From NCBI GenBank assembly GCA_009914755.4, contig CP086569.2, forward strand, positions 13,696,001-13,760,000: a stretch of 64,000 bases of DNA. The letters are read 5' to 3'. Numbering within the stretch: position 1 is the first letter of the stretch; every line of letters starts with the position of its first letter. The stretch comes from the human T2T-CHM13v2.0 reference genome, Homo sapiens. The notes under the pieces are model-generated. The model made no database searches and was not told the origin of the DNA. It saw nothing but the letters and a program-made list of their open reading frames with translations. This document shows positions 1 through 17,380 of this stretch, one piece after another. Made by a program: the position numbers and the translations under genes.

Positions 1-986
1 TAATTTACAAAGCTCTGTCTCCATCCTGAGTAAGTTTTATTGCTTTATATTGTGGGCTTCATGCATATTTACATAAAAAAAGGTAGGGTTCTTATTATGG
101 TCCTTGTTATGGGAGTTTACTGAAATACAAACAAGATATTTTTTGTATCTTTTTACATATTTCTTTCTGTATGCATGTTTAAGAAGTGTGCTACCAAAGG
201 ACACAGAGATACATAATAATCTCTAATCATATTCTGGTAAGGAGCTTAAGGAAAATTAGTCTTTAAAATATGTTTAATGTACGACTGTCTACAATACGTA
301 CAAGAGGTTACCTTTTGAGAAATTGGAAAACGCAAAGAAAATTCTGAGGGGTTTCTCTCATAGATTTAAAAGCTTTTTATGCTATTAAGTAAGATGTTGT
401 AGTACTTTCTACACATTCCACACTTATTAATCCTTGATTACTATAATTCCTTTCCATGGAGAAGTTATGAATAGAGAATATTTGGTTCTGCCAGTATTAG
501 AGTAAACACAGTTATTTTTGCATTTTGGAGCACTCCTAATCCTTCTTTTGCTACTGAGTTGAATTAGAGAGTTAATATATTACCAGTAATGTTAACAAGA
601 CAATTTTGGTGTAAGAACAAGTGACACAAGACTTTGCTGACATGAAAAACTCTAGTTGGATTAGCAAAATTCAATTTGCAGTTTTAAAGCATTGTGTAAC
701 TTTTTATTCAACAAGTAATTGATATTATGTATGTACTTAGTACCTAGTATAAAACAGATAATTGCTAGAGATGCATGTAGACCTCACATAATTTCTAAAT
801 TTATTGGATATTAATGGTCAAAATATATTGAGCTGTTTCTTGTATGCCAGTCACTATGCTTTATCTCCTTTAATCACGAAGACAGCTATATTTGTTGAGC
901 CTCTGCTATTACTTTCTATTTAGTAAGTGAAAATTGAGACCTGGAGCCATGAAGTAGCTTGGTCCAAAATGATAACCGTCAGCTGA

Positions 987-1432
<446 letters not shown>

Positions 1433-1626
1433 TGAAAATAATATGTACATAACAGTTAAATTTTAAAATTCGTTGGTTGAAGTTGGAAACAGTGGCTGGA
1501 AGTATTTGATTTGTTCAGTCTTAACGCTTTGACCGCCTGACAGTTGCAGTAACATCTCCCCCAGGCTCTCGAATCTCTTAAAATATCTGTTTTAATATGG
1601 TCTTTTTAAACTTTTTTTAAACTTTA

Positions 1627-1933
1627 GGCCAGGTGTGGTGGCTGATGCCTATAATCCCAGCATTTTGGGAGGCCTAGGGGTGAAGATCACTTGAGGTCAA
1701 GAGTCCAAGACCAGCCTGGTCAGCATGGCGAAACCCTGTCTCTCCTAAAAATACAAAAATTAGCCGGGCGTGGTGATGTGTGCCTGTATTCCCAGTTACT
1801 GGGGAGGCTGAGGCAGGAGAATTGCTTGAACCCAGGAGGGAGAGGTTGTAGTGAGTCGAGATTTCACCACTGCACTCCAGCCTGGGTGACAGATTGAGAC
1901 TCTGTCTCAAATTTTAAGAAAATAAAATAAAAC
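1627..1933 (+). mobile_element. Alu SINE
   Basis: Begins ggccaggtgtggtggctgatgcctataatcccagc and ends ...cagcctgggtgacagattgagactctgtctcaa plus an A-rich tail. Confidence 0.9.
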
Positions 1934-2267
1934 TTTACTGTGTAAATAACAGCGGTAGAGAGGATAATAGGTTAAGCTGCGAGAAGCTTTAGCCTGTCTG
2001 TGAAATGAGCATTAGAATGCAGGTGGCATAATCAGCCTTGGGCAAAATAAGTAGCTTCCTAAAGACTAAGTCTGTAGATTTTAAAGGACTGTTTAATGGT
2101 ATCCTCAGTTTTCTCCATTGTATTATGGTAGGCCTAGTCACCTGTGGCAAAGGGGGACCAGGAGAAGTTTCTACCCAGAGACATGTTGTATCATTTATCC
2201 CCTGCAAATGAGCCCAAGTGCAGAAATAATAGAATTCATCTCAAATTGGAGTTTCCAGGGTGTTACT

Positions 2268-2490
2268 ACGTGTGTAGTTTATTTCACTTTGAGTAATATT
2301 CGATATTCAAGGCATGGTAATTCCACATTTTGTTAATTCGTTTGTTGATGGGCATTTGGATTGTTTCTAGTTTTGGCTGATGATGGGAGTAAAACTGTTA
2401 GGAAACTCATCAACATATCATAGAGCTTCTGTGGATATATGGTTTTATATCTCTTGGGTAAACACCTCCGTACGTCTATCACTTTGAAAG
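2268..2490 (-). mobile_element. old L1 3'-region fragment (antisense)
   Basis: ...gttgatgggcatttggattgtttc...ttgtgaata...tttatatctcttgggtaaacacc resembles the antisense L1 ORF2 C-terminal region. It is about 85% similar to the copy at 3252-3475. Confidence 0.5.
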
Positions 2491-2683
2491 ACAGCTCCAT
2501 AATGTTGGCAATGTGAAATAATTTTTATGCAAACCCCCATAAACTCCACAGGGGTAAGTGAAGGAATAACATGCCGAGGAAGTGGTGATGGATGAGGAGT
2601 AAAAATTTTTTTAATGTAAAAATTTTAGGGATTATGGTATATACAGTTTTTTCATTTGACGTAAAATGATTCACTTTTTTCAG

Positions 2684-2809
2684 ATTAACCAAGTTACTCA
2701 TGATCAAGCAGTGGTGCTACAAAGTGCCCTTCAGAGCATTCCTAATCCCTCATCCGAGTGCGTACTTAGAAATGAGTCCATACTTCTTGCTCAGGAAATA
2801 TCTAATGAG
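2684..2809 (+). CDS. USP9Y: USP9Y coding exon (internal), 42 codons [42 protein letters not shown]
   Basis: Acceptor ttttttcag|ATT (AG at 2682-2683) and donor GAG|gttagt (GT at 2810-2811). Phase 0 to 0. The translation is contiguous with the next exon and matches the USP9X/Y family protein. Confidence 0.85.
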
Positions 2810-3139
2810 GTTAGTATGAAAGTTAGACAGTTCTGGGATCTTGAATGATCTCTACTTAACACGTAAATAAATTAAGCTATGAGAATTTGAGGCTAAATAT
2901 TGTAGACCCAAAACACTTTAGTCTCTATCTCAATTTATTTAAAATTTCATAAAGTTATGTTTGACCTGATAGCTGCTGATAATATTAATATTAGAGCTTT
3001 AGAAATTTTGAAATTTTTAAATAAGCTTTCTGAGTTATAATTTACATTGCACAAACTAGATCAAATAAGTTTTAGTATATGTTTAAACTGCTCACACAAG
3101 CAAGGAATAGGACGTTTATAATGGCTCCAGAAGTTTTCT

Positions 3140-3475
3140 TGTGATGTTTATTCTCTTAAATTTTACATAAATGGAATCATATACGTTGTACTCTTTTGGG
3201 TCTGGCTTATATCCATCAGCAAAATTTTGAAAGTTATTCATGTTGTTATATATGTGTGTAGTTTATTTCACTTTGGGTAATAGTCCATGTATGGTTACTC
3301 CACATGTTGCTAATTCATTCGTGTGTTGATGGACATTTGGATTATTCACAACAGTCTAGTTTTGACTGTTGTGAATAAAATTTTTGGGTAACTCATCAAG
3401 TCATAGTGCTTCTGTGGACATACATTTTTATATCTCTTGGGTGAACACCTCTGCATAGCATGGCTAAGTAATTTG
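3140..3475 (-). mobile_element. old L1 3'-end fragment (antisense)
   Basis: ggaatcatatacgttgtactcttttgggtctggcttat...gtgttgatggacatttggattattcacaacag...gtgaataaaatttttgggtaactc matches the antisense L1M/L1P 3' end. Confidence 0.55.
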
Positions 3476-3775
3476 ACTGTTGTTATTTTTAAAATTTTAT
3501 GAAAAATAGGATAAAGCCATATCAGACTTGAACCTGAAGCATACTTGGTGGGTATTGCTGTGTCTTCCGTTCATATGGGAAGCCATATTTTTTGACTTAA
3601 TGTTAAGATATTAAAAAAATGAGAACAAGGGAACTTTGGTCCTTAAAGGCAGGTCTGATGCATGTTTACTTTTACTTCCATTTCCACTTCTTTCACTAAG
3701 AGAAATATTTTGTTTTCCTGATTATTCACTTTAATGTTCTGCCAGCACTTTTAATTATTTATTTCTTTTCTGCAG

Positions 3776-3901
3776 GCTTCAAGATATATGCCTGATATTT
3801 GTGTAATTAGGGCTATACAGAAAATTATCTGGGCATCAGCATGTGGGGCATTAGGACTAGTTTTTAGCCCAAATGAAGAAATAACTAAAATTTATCAGAT
3901 G
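3776..3901 (+). CDS. USP9Y: USP9Y coding exon, 42 codons [42 protein letters not shown]
   Basis: Acceptor ttttctgcag|GCT and donor ATG|gtaaga (GT at 3902-3903). It is in frame with flanking exons and has USP9 family similarity. Confidence 0.88.
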
Positions 3902-4261
3902 GTAAGAATTATTACAGAAATAGATTTTTAAGAAAATGTTGCTTCATTGTACATGTGATTAAATTTTCATCATTTCTGTCACCTTATAGACCAAGTCGCT
4001 TGTATCTAATGGTTTAAAATTTATTGCTACCTATAAATAAAATGAGAATATATTGTTTTATTTTGGAAATAAAATACTCTAGAAGCCTGCTATGAGGCAG
4101 CTTTCTTTTCCTACTTTTTTAAAAAGACTTCTCATTGACTCAAATATAGTTATACTGTAATGAATCCACCTCTCCCTATTTTCTTTAGTTCTTCTTGATT
4201 TTGTCCTGTGTAAATTTTTGGTAATTGTCTCTTTGGGAATTATGGCATTTAAATTTTACCT

Positions 4262-4574
4262 GGCGTCGGGCACAGTGGCTCACACCTGTTAATCCCAGCA
4301 TTCTAGGAGGCCAAGGTGGGCGGATCGCCTGAGGTCAGTAGTTCAAAACCAGCCTGGTCAACATGGTGAAACCACATCTCTCCGGCAGGTGGGGGGCGGG
4401 GGAAGGGGGCAAATTAGCCACACATGGTGGCGCATGCCTGTCATCCCAGCTACATGGGTGGCTGAGGCATGAGAATCACTTGAACCTGGGAGGCAGATGT
4501 TGCAGTGAGTGGAAATCCTCTGCACTCAAGCCTGGTGACAGAGCAAGACTCTGTCTCAATCAATCAATCAATCC
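4262..4574 (+). mobile_element. Alu SINE
   Basis: Begins ggcgtcgggcacagtggctcacacctgttaatcccagc and ends ...gagcaagactctgtctcaatcaatcaatcaatcc. Confidence 0.9.
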
Positions 4575-5308
4575 ATTTTACGTGGTTCTTTTAGAACACT
4601 CAACAGCAGGAAGAGTGTCTAACATTTAGGTATTATCACCAGCCTTGTGGTACATTAAGCAAGCTATTTACAGAAATAAGACTGTTTAGCTCTTTGTTGT
4701 CTGTGGTGTTTACCTACCCATATAGAACCCTGATGGTCTCCATTAAAATATACATTAGTGTATTTAAATATACATTAGTATAGTTAAAATGAGAAAGTGT
4801 GTCATGGCATTATACAACTTCCGTTTTAGGAATAGTTGAATGGTTATTCTGTTCCAAACGTACAAGTCTTAGTTACATTTTGATGGATAGTGACAGATTA
4901 AAAATTATTAGCTACCTAGTTATATTTTAGGTTGCAGAAGTCTTCCATAGGCTTCCTGAACATTTGTATTATGATCAATTTTTGAATGAAATGACTTGTA
5001 GGTAGGCTCTACAATAGAACTACTCAAAGACCCAAACTGCAGTGCCAAAGTGATTCTGTAGTAGCAGTTATGATTGAGGCAGATCAGTCACATCCAGAAG
5101 AACATGAAAAGTGAGGAGTACCTATCACTGAATGTGCTTCTTAAATCCCCCTTGGAGTATATCCCAAAGAGCCTCTCTAGCCGCAAGTGAAGAGTCTGAG
5201 GCCGCATGGTCTTTACCAAGTAGGCAATTGTAAATGTTAACCAGAGGGTTTGTGAATTTCTTCTTGAATATGTCTCTAGGTAACTTGCTCCTGATTCTAA
5301 TTTTGCAG

Positions 5309-5478
5309 ACCACCAATGGAAGCAATAAGCTGGAGGTGGAAGATGAACAAGTTTGCTGTGAAGCACTGGAAGTGATGACCTTATGTTTTGCTTTACTTCC
5401 AACAGCGTTGGATGCACTTAGTAAAGAAAAAGCCTGGCAGACCTTCATCATTGACTTATTATTGCACTGTCCAAGCAA
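5309..5478 (+). CDS. USP9Y: USP9Y coding exon [56 protein letters not shown] plus split Lys codon
   Basis: Acceptor ttttgcag|ACC and donor AA|gtatgt (GT at 5479-5480). The exon ends in phase 2; AA plus the first A of the next exon gives Lys, matching USP9 ...HCxSK TVRQ... Confidence 0.85.
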
Positions 5479-5699
5479 GTATGTGATTTTTATGTGTAAT
5501 TTGAAGGAAGGCTTACCTTACCGTTCCAAGCAGAAATGAATGACTTCTGAAGAAAATTTTTTTCCAGAAGTGAAGGAAGGAACCCTTTTACTTGCCCATG
5601 TAATACCTTGAAGTGTAGAAGCATTTTTTTAAAAACATTTCCAGTTAACCTGAATTTTTTTCTCTGCAAGATGCCAGCATTGATTTTTTTCTTTTACTT

Positions 5700-7765
5700 T
5701 TTTTTATTGTAGTAAATCATGTAATTATATACATAACACAAAATTAGCCATTTTAACCTCTTTTTTAAGTTAGCTTTATTCAGTGGCATTAATTGCACAA
5801 TATTGTGCAGTTATGACTGGTGTATATTGAATGATTGCAATATTGTGCAGTCACTCCTGCTTTATCTCAAAAATATTTTATCACCCTCAAAATATTTTAT
5901 CACCCTCAACAAATTCTTTTTAACTAATGACTCCCATTTTCACTACCCTCCAATCTCTGATAACTTAAAATATTCATTTAGTTTCTATGCATTTCCTATT
6001 TTAGGTATGTCACATAAGTGAAATCACACAAATTTGTGCCTTTGTGTCTAGTTTGTTAGCTTAGCATAATGTTTTAAAGGTTCATCTATGTTGTAGCATG
6101 GTCAGAACTTGATTCATTTTCAGGGGATACTCTCTCATATGTGTATACTAGATGTTGTTTATACATCGGTCTGTTGATAGACACCTGGATTATTTCTACC
6201 TTTTAGCTCTTGATTACTGTTATTGTGAATATTACTATGAGCACAGATCTCTGAGTTCTTATTCTCAGAGCTATTGAGTATATTTGTAGAAATGGATGTG
6301 CTGGGTCATAGGGTAAGTTGTGTTTAACTTTTTGAAGATCTGCTGAACTTTTTTAACATTGGCTTCACCACTTTACACTCCCAACCTCACCTTACACAGG
6401 CTTTAGTTTCTCCAAATCCTCTCCCACACTATTTTCACTTTTGTTAATGGCCATCCTAACGTATGTAAGATGTAACCTCATTGTGGTTTGTATTTACATT
6501 TCCTTATGACTATTGTAGTGATATTGAGCATTGGCTCTTGTGATATTACTGGCCACTTGTATATCTGCTTTAGAGAAATGTATCTTCCAGTTTTTATAGC
6601 ATTATTGAATTTGATTATTTTTGTAGTGAGTTTCTGTATATATTCTGGATATTAATTCCTTTCCAGACTAATGATTTACAAACATTTTCTCCTATTCTTC
6701 AGGATTTATTTCCACTCTGCTGATAATGTTATTTTATGCACAGAAGTTTTTAATTTTCATGAAGTTTAATTTATGTCTTTTTTGGTTTCCTGTGTTTCCA
6801 TCATCCTCAGTATAGAAATCATTGGCAAATCCAGAGCAAAAGCTATTTTCTCCTACATTGTTTTCTAAGAATTTTTTATTTTTATAGTTCTTAATTTTAG
6901 ATCTTTCATCCAATTGGAGTTGATTTTTGTGAATGATGTGAAACTAAGTGTCCAACTCCATTCTTTTGAATGTGGATATCCAGCTTTCCCATCATGATGA
7001 ACATGGTCTTACCCCATTGAGTGGTCTAGGCACCTTGTTGAAGATACAAGGGGTTGTTTCTAGGCTCTAAATTATATTCCTTTGGTCTATATGCCTGTCC
7101 TTAGGCCAATGCCACACTCCTGATTAGTACATCAGGGAATATAAGTCCTTCAGCTTTGTTGGGGTTTTTAGTTTGTTTGTGTTTTGGTTTTGCCTAGGTT
7201 TTTATTTGTTTTTGAGGTTATTTGGACCTTCTAGGTTCTATAAAAATCCATATAAATTTTAAGCTGGATATTGCATTGAATCTCTCTCAAAAGAGTGATT
7301 GCCTCTTAACAGTATTAAGTCTTCCAAGACATGAACATGGGATGTCTTTTCATTTACTTAGATTCTGTTTACTTCTTCAACACTCTTATTTCTTCTCTGC
7401 GAAATTATTTCTAAGTACTGTAGTGCTAACTCTTTTTGCTGCTCTTGTGGATGGAATTGTTTTCTTAATTTTGTTTTGGGATATTCATTGCTAGTATATC
7501 AAAACAACTAATTTTTTTATATTGATTTTATTTATCCTGCAATTTTGTTAAATTTCTTTATGAATTAGAGGTTTTTTTACAGTAAGATCATGCCACTTGC
7601 AAATAACATAGTTTTACTTTTTCTTTCCTTTTTGGACCAAATTTATCTCTTCCCTTTTTTGCCTATATGCTCTACTGCCTTGATTAGTAGTAGTAAGAGC
7701 AGGCGTACTTATCTTGTTCCTGATTGAGGAAAAGCTTTTAGTCTTTCACGATTTAGTGATGTTGT
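5700..7765 (-). mobile_element. ancient L1 (L1M/L1PB-like), 3' UTR plus ORF2 C-terminal half, antisense
   Basis: gtcacataagtgaaatcacac... (reverse complement of the L1 ORF2 end), ...ccagctttcccatcatgatg... and ...cctgattgagg follow the antisense L1 consensus order. L1 sequence resumes at 8264-8446 and 9346-9480 after two nested inserts. Confidence 0.7.
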
Positions 7766-8263
7766 TATTCCTGATCCAGACCCCTAGAGAGGGTTCCTGG
7801 ACCTGGGTCAAGTCCACAGAGTAAAATAAGAGCAAGTTTATAGAGAAGTAAGGAACCAAAAGCACGGCTACTCCATAGGCAGAGCAGCCCTGAGAGTTGC
7901 TAGTTGGTTATTTTTGTGGTGATTTCTTGATTACATGCGAAACAAAGTTTATTTGTGCTAAACAAGTGGATTATTCATGGGTTTTCTGGGAAAGGGGTGG
8001 GAATCTGCTGCTCCCCACTCCCAACCCACCTGATGGTTTCTCCCTTTTTTGAACTATATAGGATAAAGTCTGGATGGTTGCCACGGTATTTGTAAAGTGA
8101 TATGACGCTGGTGGGAGTGTCTTTTCGCAAGCTAATGCATTATATTTAGCGTACAAAGAGCCAGCTTCTTTACTGCATCCTGTTTTATCAGCAGGGTCTT
8201 TGTGACCTGCATTTTGTGTGGACTTCCTGTGGGAGTCGCTCTGGTTCGAATACCTGTGACCAT
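7766..8263. repeat. unclassified interspersed repeat copy A, nested in the L1
   Basis: Begins attcctgatccagaccc... and interrupts L1 between gatgtt and gttagc. It is homologous to copy B (shared blocks such as ggctactccaNaggcagagcagccctgag and ...gcatcctgttttatcagcagggtctttgtgacctg). Confidence 0.45.
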
Positions 8264-8446
8264 GTTAGCTATTAGTTTTTCATATACGGCCTTTATGCTG
8301 TTGAGAAACTTCTCTTGTATTCCAAGTTTTCAAAATCAGTTTTATTATGAAAAGGTGTTTACATTAGTTTGGATAATTTTTTTGACTCAATTGAGATAGC
8401 CTTAAGCCTTATTTTCTTTATTGTATTTCTGATGATACTGTTACTG

Positions 8447-9345
8447 GAAAAGATTCCTGATCCAGATCCTAAGAGAGGACTCTTCGGTCTCATGTAAGAA
8501 AGAATTCAGGGTGAGACCATAAAGTAAAGGCAAGTTTATTAAGAAAGTAGAGGAATAGGCCGGGCACAGTGGCTCACACCTGTAATCCTAGCACTCTGGG
8601 AGGCCGAGGCAGGCAGATCACCAGAGGTCAGGAGTTCAAGACCAGCCTGACCAACCTGGTGAAACCCCATCTCTAGTAAAATAGAAAAATTAGCCAGGCA
8701 TGATGGCAGGTGCCTGTAATCCCAGCTACTTGGGAGGCTGAGACGGGAGATTGTTTGAAACCTGGAAGACGGTGGTGCAGTGAGCTGAGATTGCACCACT
8801 GCACTCCAGCCTGGGCGGCTAAGTGAGACTCTGTCAGGAAGGGGTGGGGGAGGGGCAGGGGAAAAGAAAGTAGAGGAATAAGAAAATGGCTACTCCAAAG
8901 GCAGAGCAGCCCTGAGGGCTGCTGGTTACCCATTTATGTGGTTATTTGTTGATTATATGCAAAACAAGGGTTGGGTTATTCATGCTTTCCATTTTTATAC
9001 CATATAGGGTAAACTTCCTGACATTGCCATGGCATTTGTAAACTGTCATGGCGCTGGTGAGACTGCAGCAGTGAGGATGACCAGAAGTCACTCTCATTGC
9101 CGTATTGGTTTTGGTGGGGTTTAGCTGGCTTTCTTACTGCAACCTGTTTCATCAGCAAGGTCTTTATGATCTGTATCTTGTACCAACCTCTGTCTCGTCC
9201 TTTGACTTAGAATGCCTAACCCTCTGGGAATGCAGCCCAGTAGATCTCAGCCTTATTTTACCTAGCCCCTATTCAAGATGGAATTGTTCTGGTTCAGAGG
9301 CTTCTGACAATATATTAGGAATCAATTCATATGTTTAAACACCCT
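8447..9345. repeat. unclassified interspersed repeat copy B, nested in the same L1 and itself carrying an Alu
   Basis: Begins attcctgatccagatcctaagag and is homologous to 7766-8263. It interrupts the L1 between ...ctggaaaag and aattcatatg.... Confidence 0.45.
8558..8863 (+). mobile_element. Alu SINE with a G-rich tail, flanked by a 17-bp TSD
   Basis: Begins ggccgggcacagtggctcacacctgtaatcc. The TSD aagaaagtagaggaata lies at 8541-8557 and 8864-8880. Confidence 0.9.
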
Positions 9346-10250
9346 TACGTTCTTGATAAATCCCACACTTCATCGTGGTACCTTGTACTTTTAATATGCT
9401 GCTGGATTTCTTGCTAGTATTTTATTGAGGATTTTTGCATGTATATTGTTGTCAATGAAAAGAATCAAACTCTATAGAATATTTGAAGAGATTTATTCTG
9501 AGCCAAATATGAGTGCCCATGGCCCGTGACACAGCCCTCAGGAGGTCCTGAGAACATGTGCCCAAGGTGGTCGGGGTGCAGCTTGGTTTTACACATTTTA
9601 GGGAGGCATTAGACATCAATCAGATACATGTACAAAATACACTGGTTTGGTCCAGAAAGGCGGGACAACTCAAAAGCGGGTGATGGGGGCTTCCAGGGTA
9701 TAGGTAAATTTAAACATTTTCTGGTTGACAATTGGTTTTATGCAAAGACCTGGGATCATAGAAAGCACATGTTCAGGTTAAGATAAAAGATTGTGGAGAC
9801 CAAGGTTCTTGTGAAGTCTTTTTACAGTGGCTGCCCTTAGAGACAATAAATGACAAATGTTTTTTATTCAGATCTTGAAAAGGTGCTGGACCTTCAGTTA
9901 ATCTCTTTAGGATTGACAGGGCTTGGAAGAAAAACACTTGGCTATATTAATAGAGATTCTTAACAGATGCAGGTTTTCTCCCACAAAGGAAAGCTTTGCA
10001 GAGCTGTTTCAAGATATGGCTAAGAAACATGTTTTGGGGTAAAATATTTTGATTTTCTTCCTTGTATCGTAATGTTATGCCAGAGTCAGACTGAAAAGTA
10101 AGTCACGATATATAGGGTTAAATAAAAGCCATCTGATGAGGATTTATGATTTGTAGGGAATGACTCCCCAGACCCTTTAGACAGGAATTTGGGCAACATA
10201 AAAAGTCAGATCTTCGTCCTCATTGTTAAAAGGTATTGTGTTGGTCTCTA

Positions 10251-10400
10251 CTTTCCCCTTCCCTCCTTCCCTTCCTTTCTCCTTCCCTTTTTCTTCCCTT
10301 TTGCTTCCCTTCTCCTTCCCTTCCCCTTCCCTTCCCCTTTCCCTTCCCTCCCCCTTCCCCTCCCTCTCTCCCTCCCTCCTTCCTTCCTTCCGTCCTTCCT
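10251..10400. repeat. polypyrimidine (TCCC/TTCC)n simple repeat of about 150 bp
   Basis: An uninterrupted run of C/T, cttcccttccctccttcccttcctttctcc..., on the + strand. Confidence 0.9.
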
Positions 10401-10446
10401 TCTTTCGAAAAAATATTTGTCTAGCTTTGTTAGGTGAATAGTATTG

Positions 10447-10560
10447 GTCTTATAAGTTAAGAAGTACAGGTTGAGTATCCTTTATTTGAAATGCTTGGGA
10501 CTTAGAAGTGTTTTGGATTTTAGAATGTTTGCATATCTTGGTGATGAGAAACCAGTCTAA
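10447..10560. repeat. possible DNA-transposon terminal fragment (Tc1/mariner Tigger-like)
   Basis: ggttgagtatcctttatttgaaatgcttgggacttagaagtgttttggattttagaatgtttgcatat recalls the termini of a known human DNA-transposon family. This is recalled from memory only. Confidence 0.3.
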
Positions 10561-11142
10561 ACAGGAAATTCATTTATTTTTCATCTATCTTCATGAAGGT
10601 AATTTTGTGTATTCGTTTTGTGCGTGAAACAAAGATTGCGTTAAGACTGAGGGATGGAGTTTTTCACTTGTGTCAGCCCTCAAGTTTCAGGTTAGAGAAC
10701 ACCTCTAATTTTTGTTATTAGCGATGGTCAACCTGTACTGTCTTGTTTTAAAATAAATGATTTTGGAAAAGGGAAAAATTTGTTTTAATTTGAACATTTG
10801 GTAGATTTCAACAGTTGAACACTCTGGTCCTGGTGAAACAGCTACATTGTCTGGTGTATACACCCTGGAGGTCATGGTCATACACCAGGAAGATATAAGA
10901 CATGGACACACCCAAGGTGTTCAGGAGCGGAGGTTTAATAGACAGAAGAGGAGAGAAAGAGAAGCAGCTGTCTCTATAGACAGAGGGGTCTCCAAGGGGA
11001 AAGGACTGGCTGGCAGCCGATGTGCTGGATTTTCTAGCCCAGTTTGAGGAGGCTGTGTCTGATTTACATAGGGTTCACAGATTGGTTTGATCAGCTATGA
11101 CATTTACATAGTGTGTGAGGAAGGTTGGTTGCCCCACCCTAA

Positions 11143-11435
<293 letters not shown>

Positions 11436-11879
11436 CCCCACCCTAAGGTTATTTTGCATATTGGGCTGTGCCAGTTGATCGGAGCCATCTTGTCTGCTCA
11501 TTATTGTACACATGGCTGGCAGAGAAGGGACAATGGAGCTGCCATCTTGAACATGTCTAGTCCCTGTTCCTGCCGGCCTTCACCTGTGCAAGCTTCCAGC
11601 TTGCTTGTCTATGTCTGCAACTCGACTTTACAGGCCGCCATTTGTTGGTAAATGATTTGGGGCTGCTAGTCATGAAAAAGAGCCTTATGGAGGACTCCCA
11701 CACCCTTACTCTCTGCCTGAGTAATTTCTTCTTAACTCCTGTATCACTGGGGTTTTCTTTTTAATAGATGTGAGCTTGTGAAATGAGTTTGGTGTTTGTC
11801 CCTTTTTCTTGGAGTAGAACTTCTAAAATCTTTGGAATCTCCAAAGTGTTGTCTCTTTATATGCTAGTGTTGACTGGAA

Positions 11880-12760
<881 letters not shown>

Positions 12761-14229
12761 TCATGCCTATTTAATGACGTGTCCTTAGACAGACAAGAAG
12801 ACAGGCTTCAGAGAGCTTCTAGATAGCTGAACATGTAGTTTCCTGGAGGGTGGTGTGCACATAAAAGCAGACATCAAGAAACTTTAATGCCAAATGTAAG
12901 GTAGTTTGTTTTGTTTTGAAAGGAGTTTCTGCATTTAAGTGTGTCAAGAATTTTCACATATTAAAAATACTCCAACTGAACCTAAAAACTAGACTTTATA
13001 AACATTATAACTTAGATGTTTATACTGGAACAGGAATTAAAAGAAATTAAAGAGTGTGTAAGCAAAAACTCAGTTGTATGTAAGAAAACCCAATTTCCCC
13101 TGAGGAAGAGAAAGAGCTGGAGTACTTTAAAAAGTAACTGCCTGTTTTTCTGTGGCTAGTGAGCCTTATTTCTTCTCCTTTTCAAGGCATTGTGAAGACC
13201 CTGGTTCTCTAGCTGTGCAGCTGCAAGGTCACTAGACAGATAAACTTAAATCGCAAAACATGTTTTTCCTTGGAAAGTAAGAAATGATGTAATGCATGTC
13301 TCAGTTAATTGAAAAACTGCCTTTGTTTCTCACTTCTGTAATGCTTCCCCATGCACAGATCTCCCCCCACCCCAAGAAATGCTTAAAAGGTAACTTAACT
13401 CTTTGTTCAAGGCTCAGTCCTTTGGATGTCAATCCGACTGGGCCGGAGTACCTAAGTAATAAATATCCTCCTGAACCCCATTGGTTTCTCTGATTCCTTA
13501 CAAAATCCCGCAACAATACCTAAACGATTCCATGATTCATTAATATTGCACAAGAAGTTTTATTCTAGAGTGATAATGGTTTCTTCATGTTAACTGGGTA
13601 AGAACAAGGTATTTAAAAACAAAGGAAAATCGATATGTCAGCATGAATCCTAAGTGTATGTTTGGTTTGCGGGAATGATCTTCAGTGGAATTTTTGTCAG
13701 AAATATTTATTCTAAAAAATAAGTCTTTTGATTTAGAATTTTCTGTCTCTGAGGTATTTTGTATCTTCATAAAGACAAAGGCAGTATCTCAGTTTCTGTG
13801 TATCTATTTGAGGGAGGCTGCTTCATACCCTTTTAGACTCGGCATTCTAGGAGGAAGAAATAAGAAAAACAAACATCATTTCAGACTTTTCTGTCATCCA
13901 AAAGTAATAAAACACAATTGTGGTCTTTTATATATCACTGGCTGTAGATAAAAATTAGAGCTTCCAAGAACAGTCTAGTGCTCACCAGTATGCTTTTATA
14001 TTTGGGTGTATATGTGCATAAAATAATGACATTTGGGCAAAGAAGCTTTGTCGTTACTTATTTTAAAGTTACAGTGCTTAAAAATGCCTTGTAATATTAA
14101 ATAAGGAGCTTGGATATTTCTAGTCCTGCTTCCAAGTGTTAGCTATGGGTGAACTTGTTTCAGGCTATGAGGCTGGATTAGGGCGTCTTGTAGCTAATGA
14201 TGTATTCTGCTCAGCCCAGTACTAGTGTC

Positions 14230-16400
<2,171 letters not shown>

Positions 16401-16993
16401 CGGGTGTCATGCAGAAAGCGTCCTACCTGCTTGTTACTATTCCCTTTTGTGGTTGCTGTGACAATTACATTTAAGAAAGTTATAACACTTTTAAAGTCAC
16501 ACTAGTTTACCTTCAGTAGCATACAAAAGCCCCACTCCTTAATAGCTCAGACCCCGTCATGTCAGTTATTAAGTTCACAGAATTACACCTTGATGCATTT
16601 TATGTCCAAAAACATAAGCTGGTGATAGCCTTTTAATATAATACTGTTGTAAATCATGTAGAGAACAAATAGTGGAGTTGCACATTGTTAAAAGCTTTGA
16701 TAGCTTTCATAATTGGCCATATATTTATCTTTACCTTAATCTTTATTCAGACAGCTGTATAGTGTCCTTTCATTTCACCCTGAAGTACTCCATAAAGCAT
16801 TTCTCGAAGGGTAATCTAGTGGTAACAAACTTCTCCAGCTTTTATCTGGGAATGTCATAATTTCTCCCTCACACTGATGCAGCTTGTTTGGACATAAGAT
16901 TTCTGTTTGACAGTTTATCATTACAGCACTTGCAATATGTTAGCCCACTGCTTTCTGGCCTCTGAGGTGTCTGATAAGAAACGTGCTGGTGAT

Positions 16994-17380
<387 letters not shown>

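Noticed and set aside
5234-5539. ORF-track entries extending beyond exon boundaries (e.g. 5234..5539, 28468..28878, 53297..53488, 54401..54784)
   Set aside because: Only the segments bounded by AG acceptors and GT donors are coding. The extra ORF length is intronic read-through that happens to lack stops.
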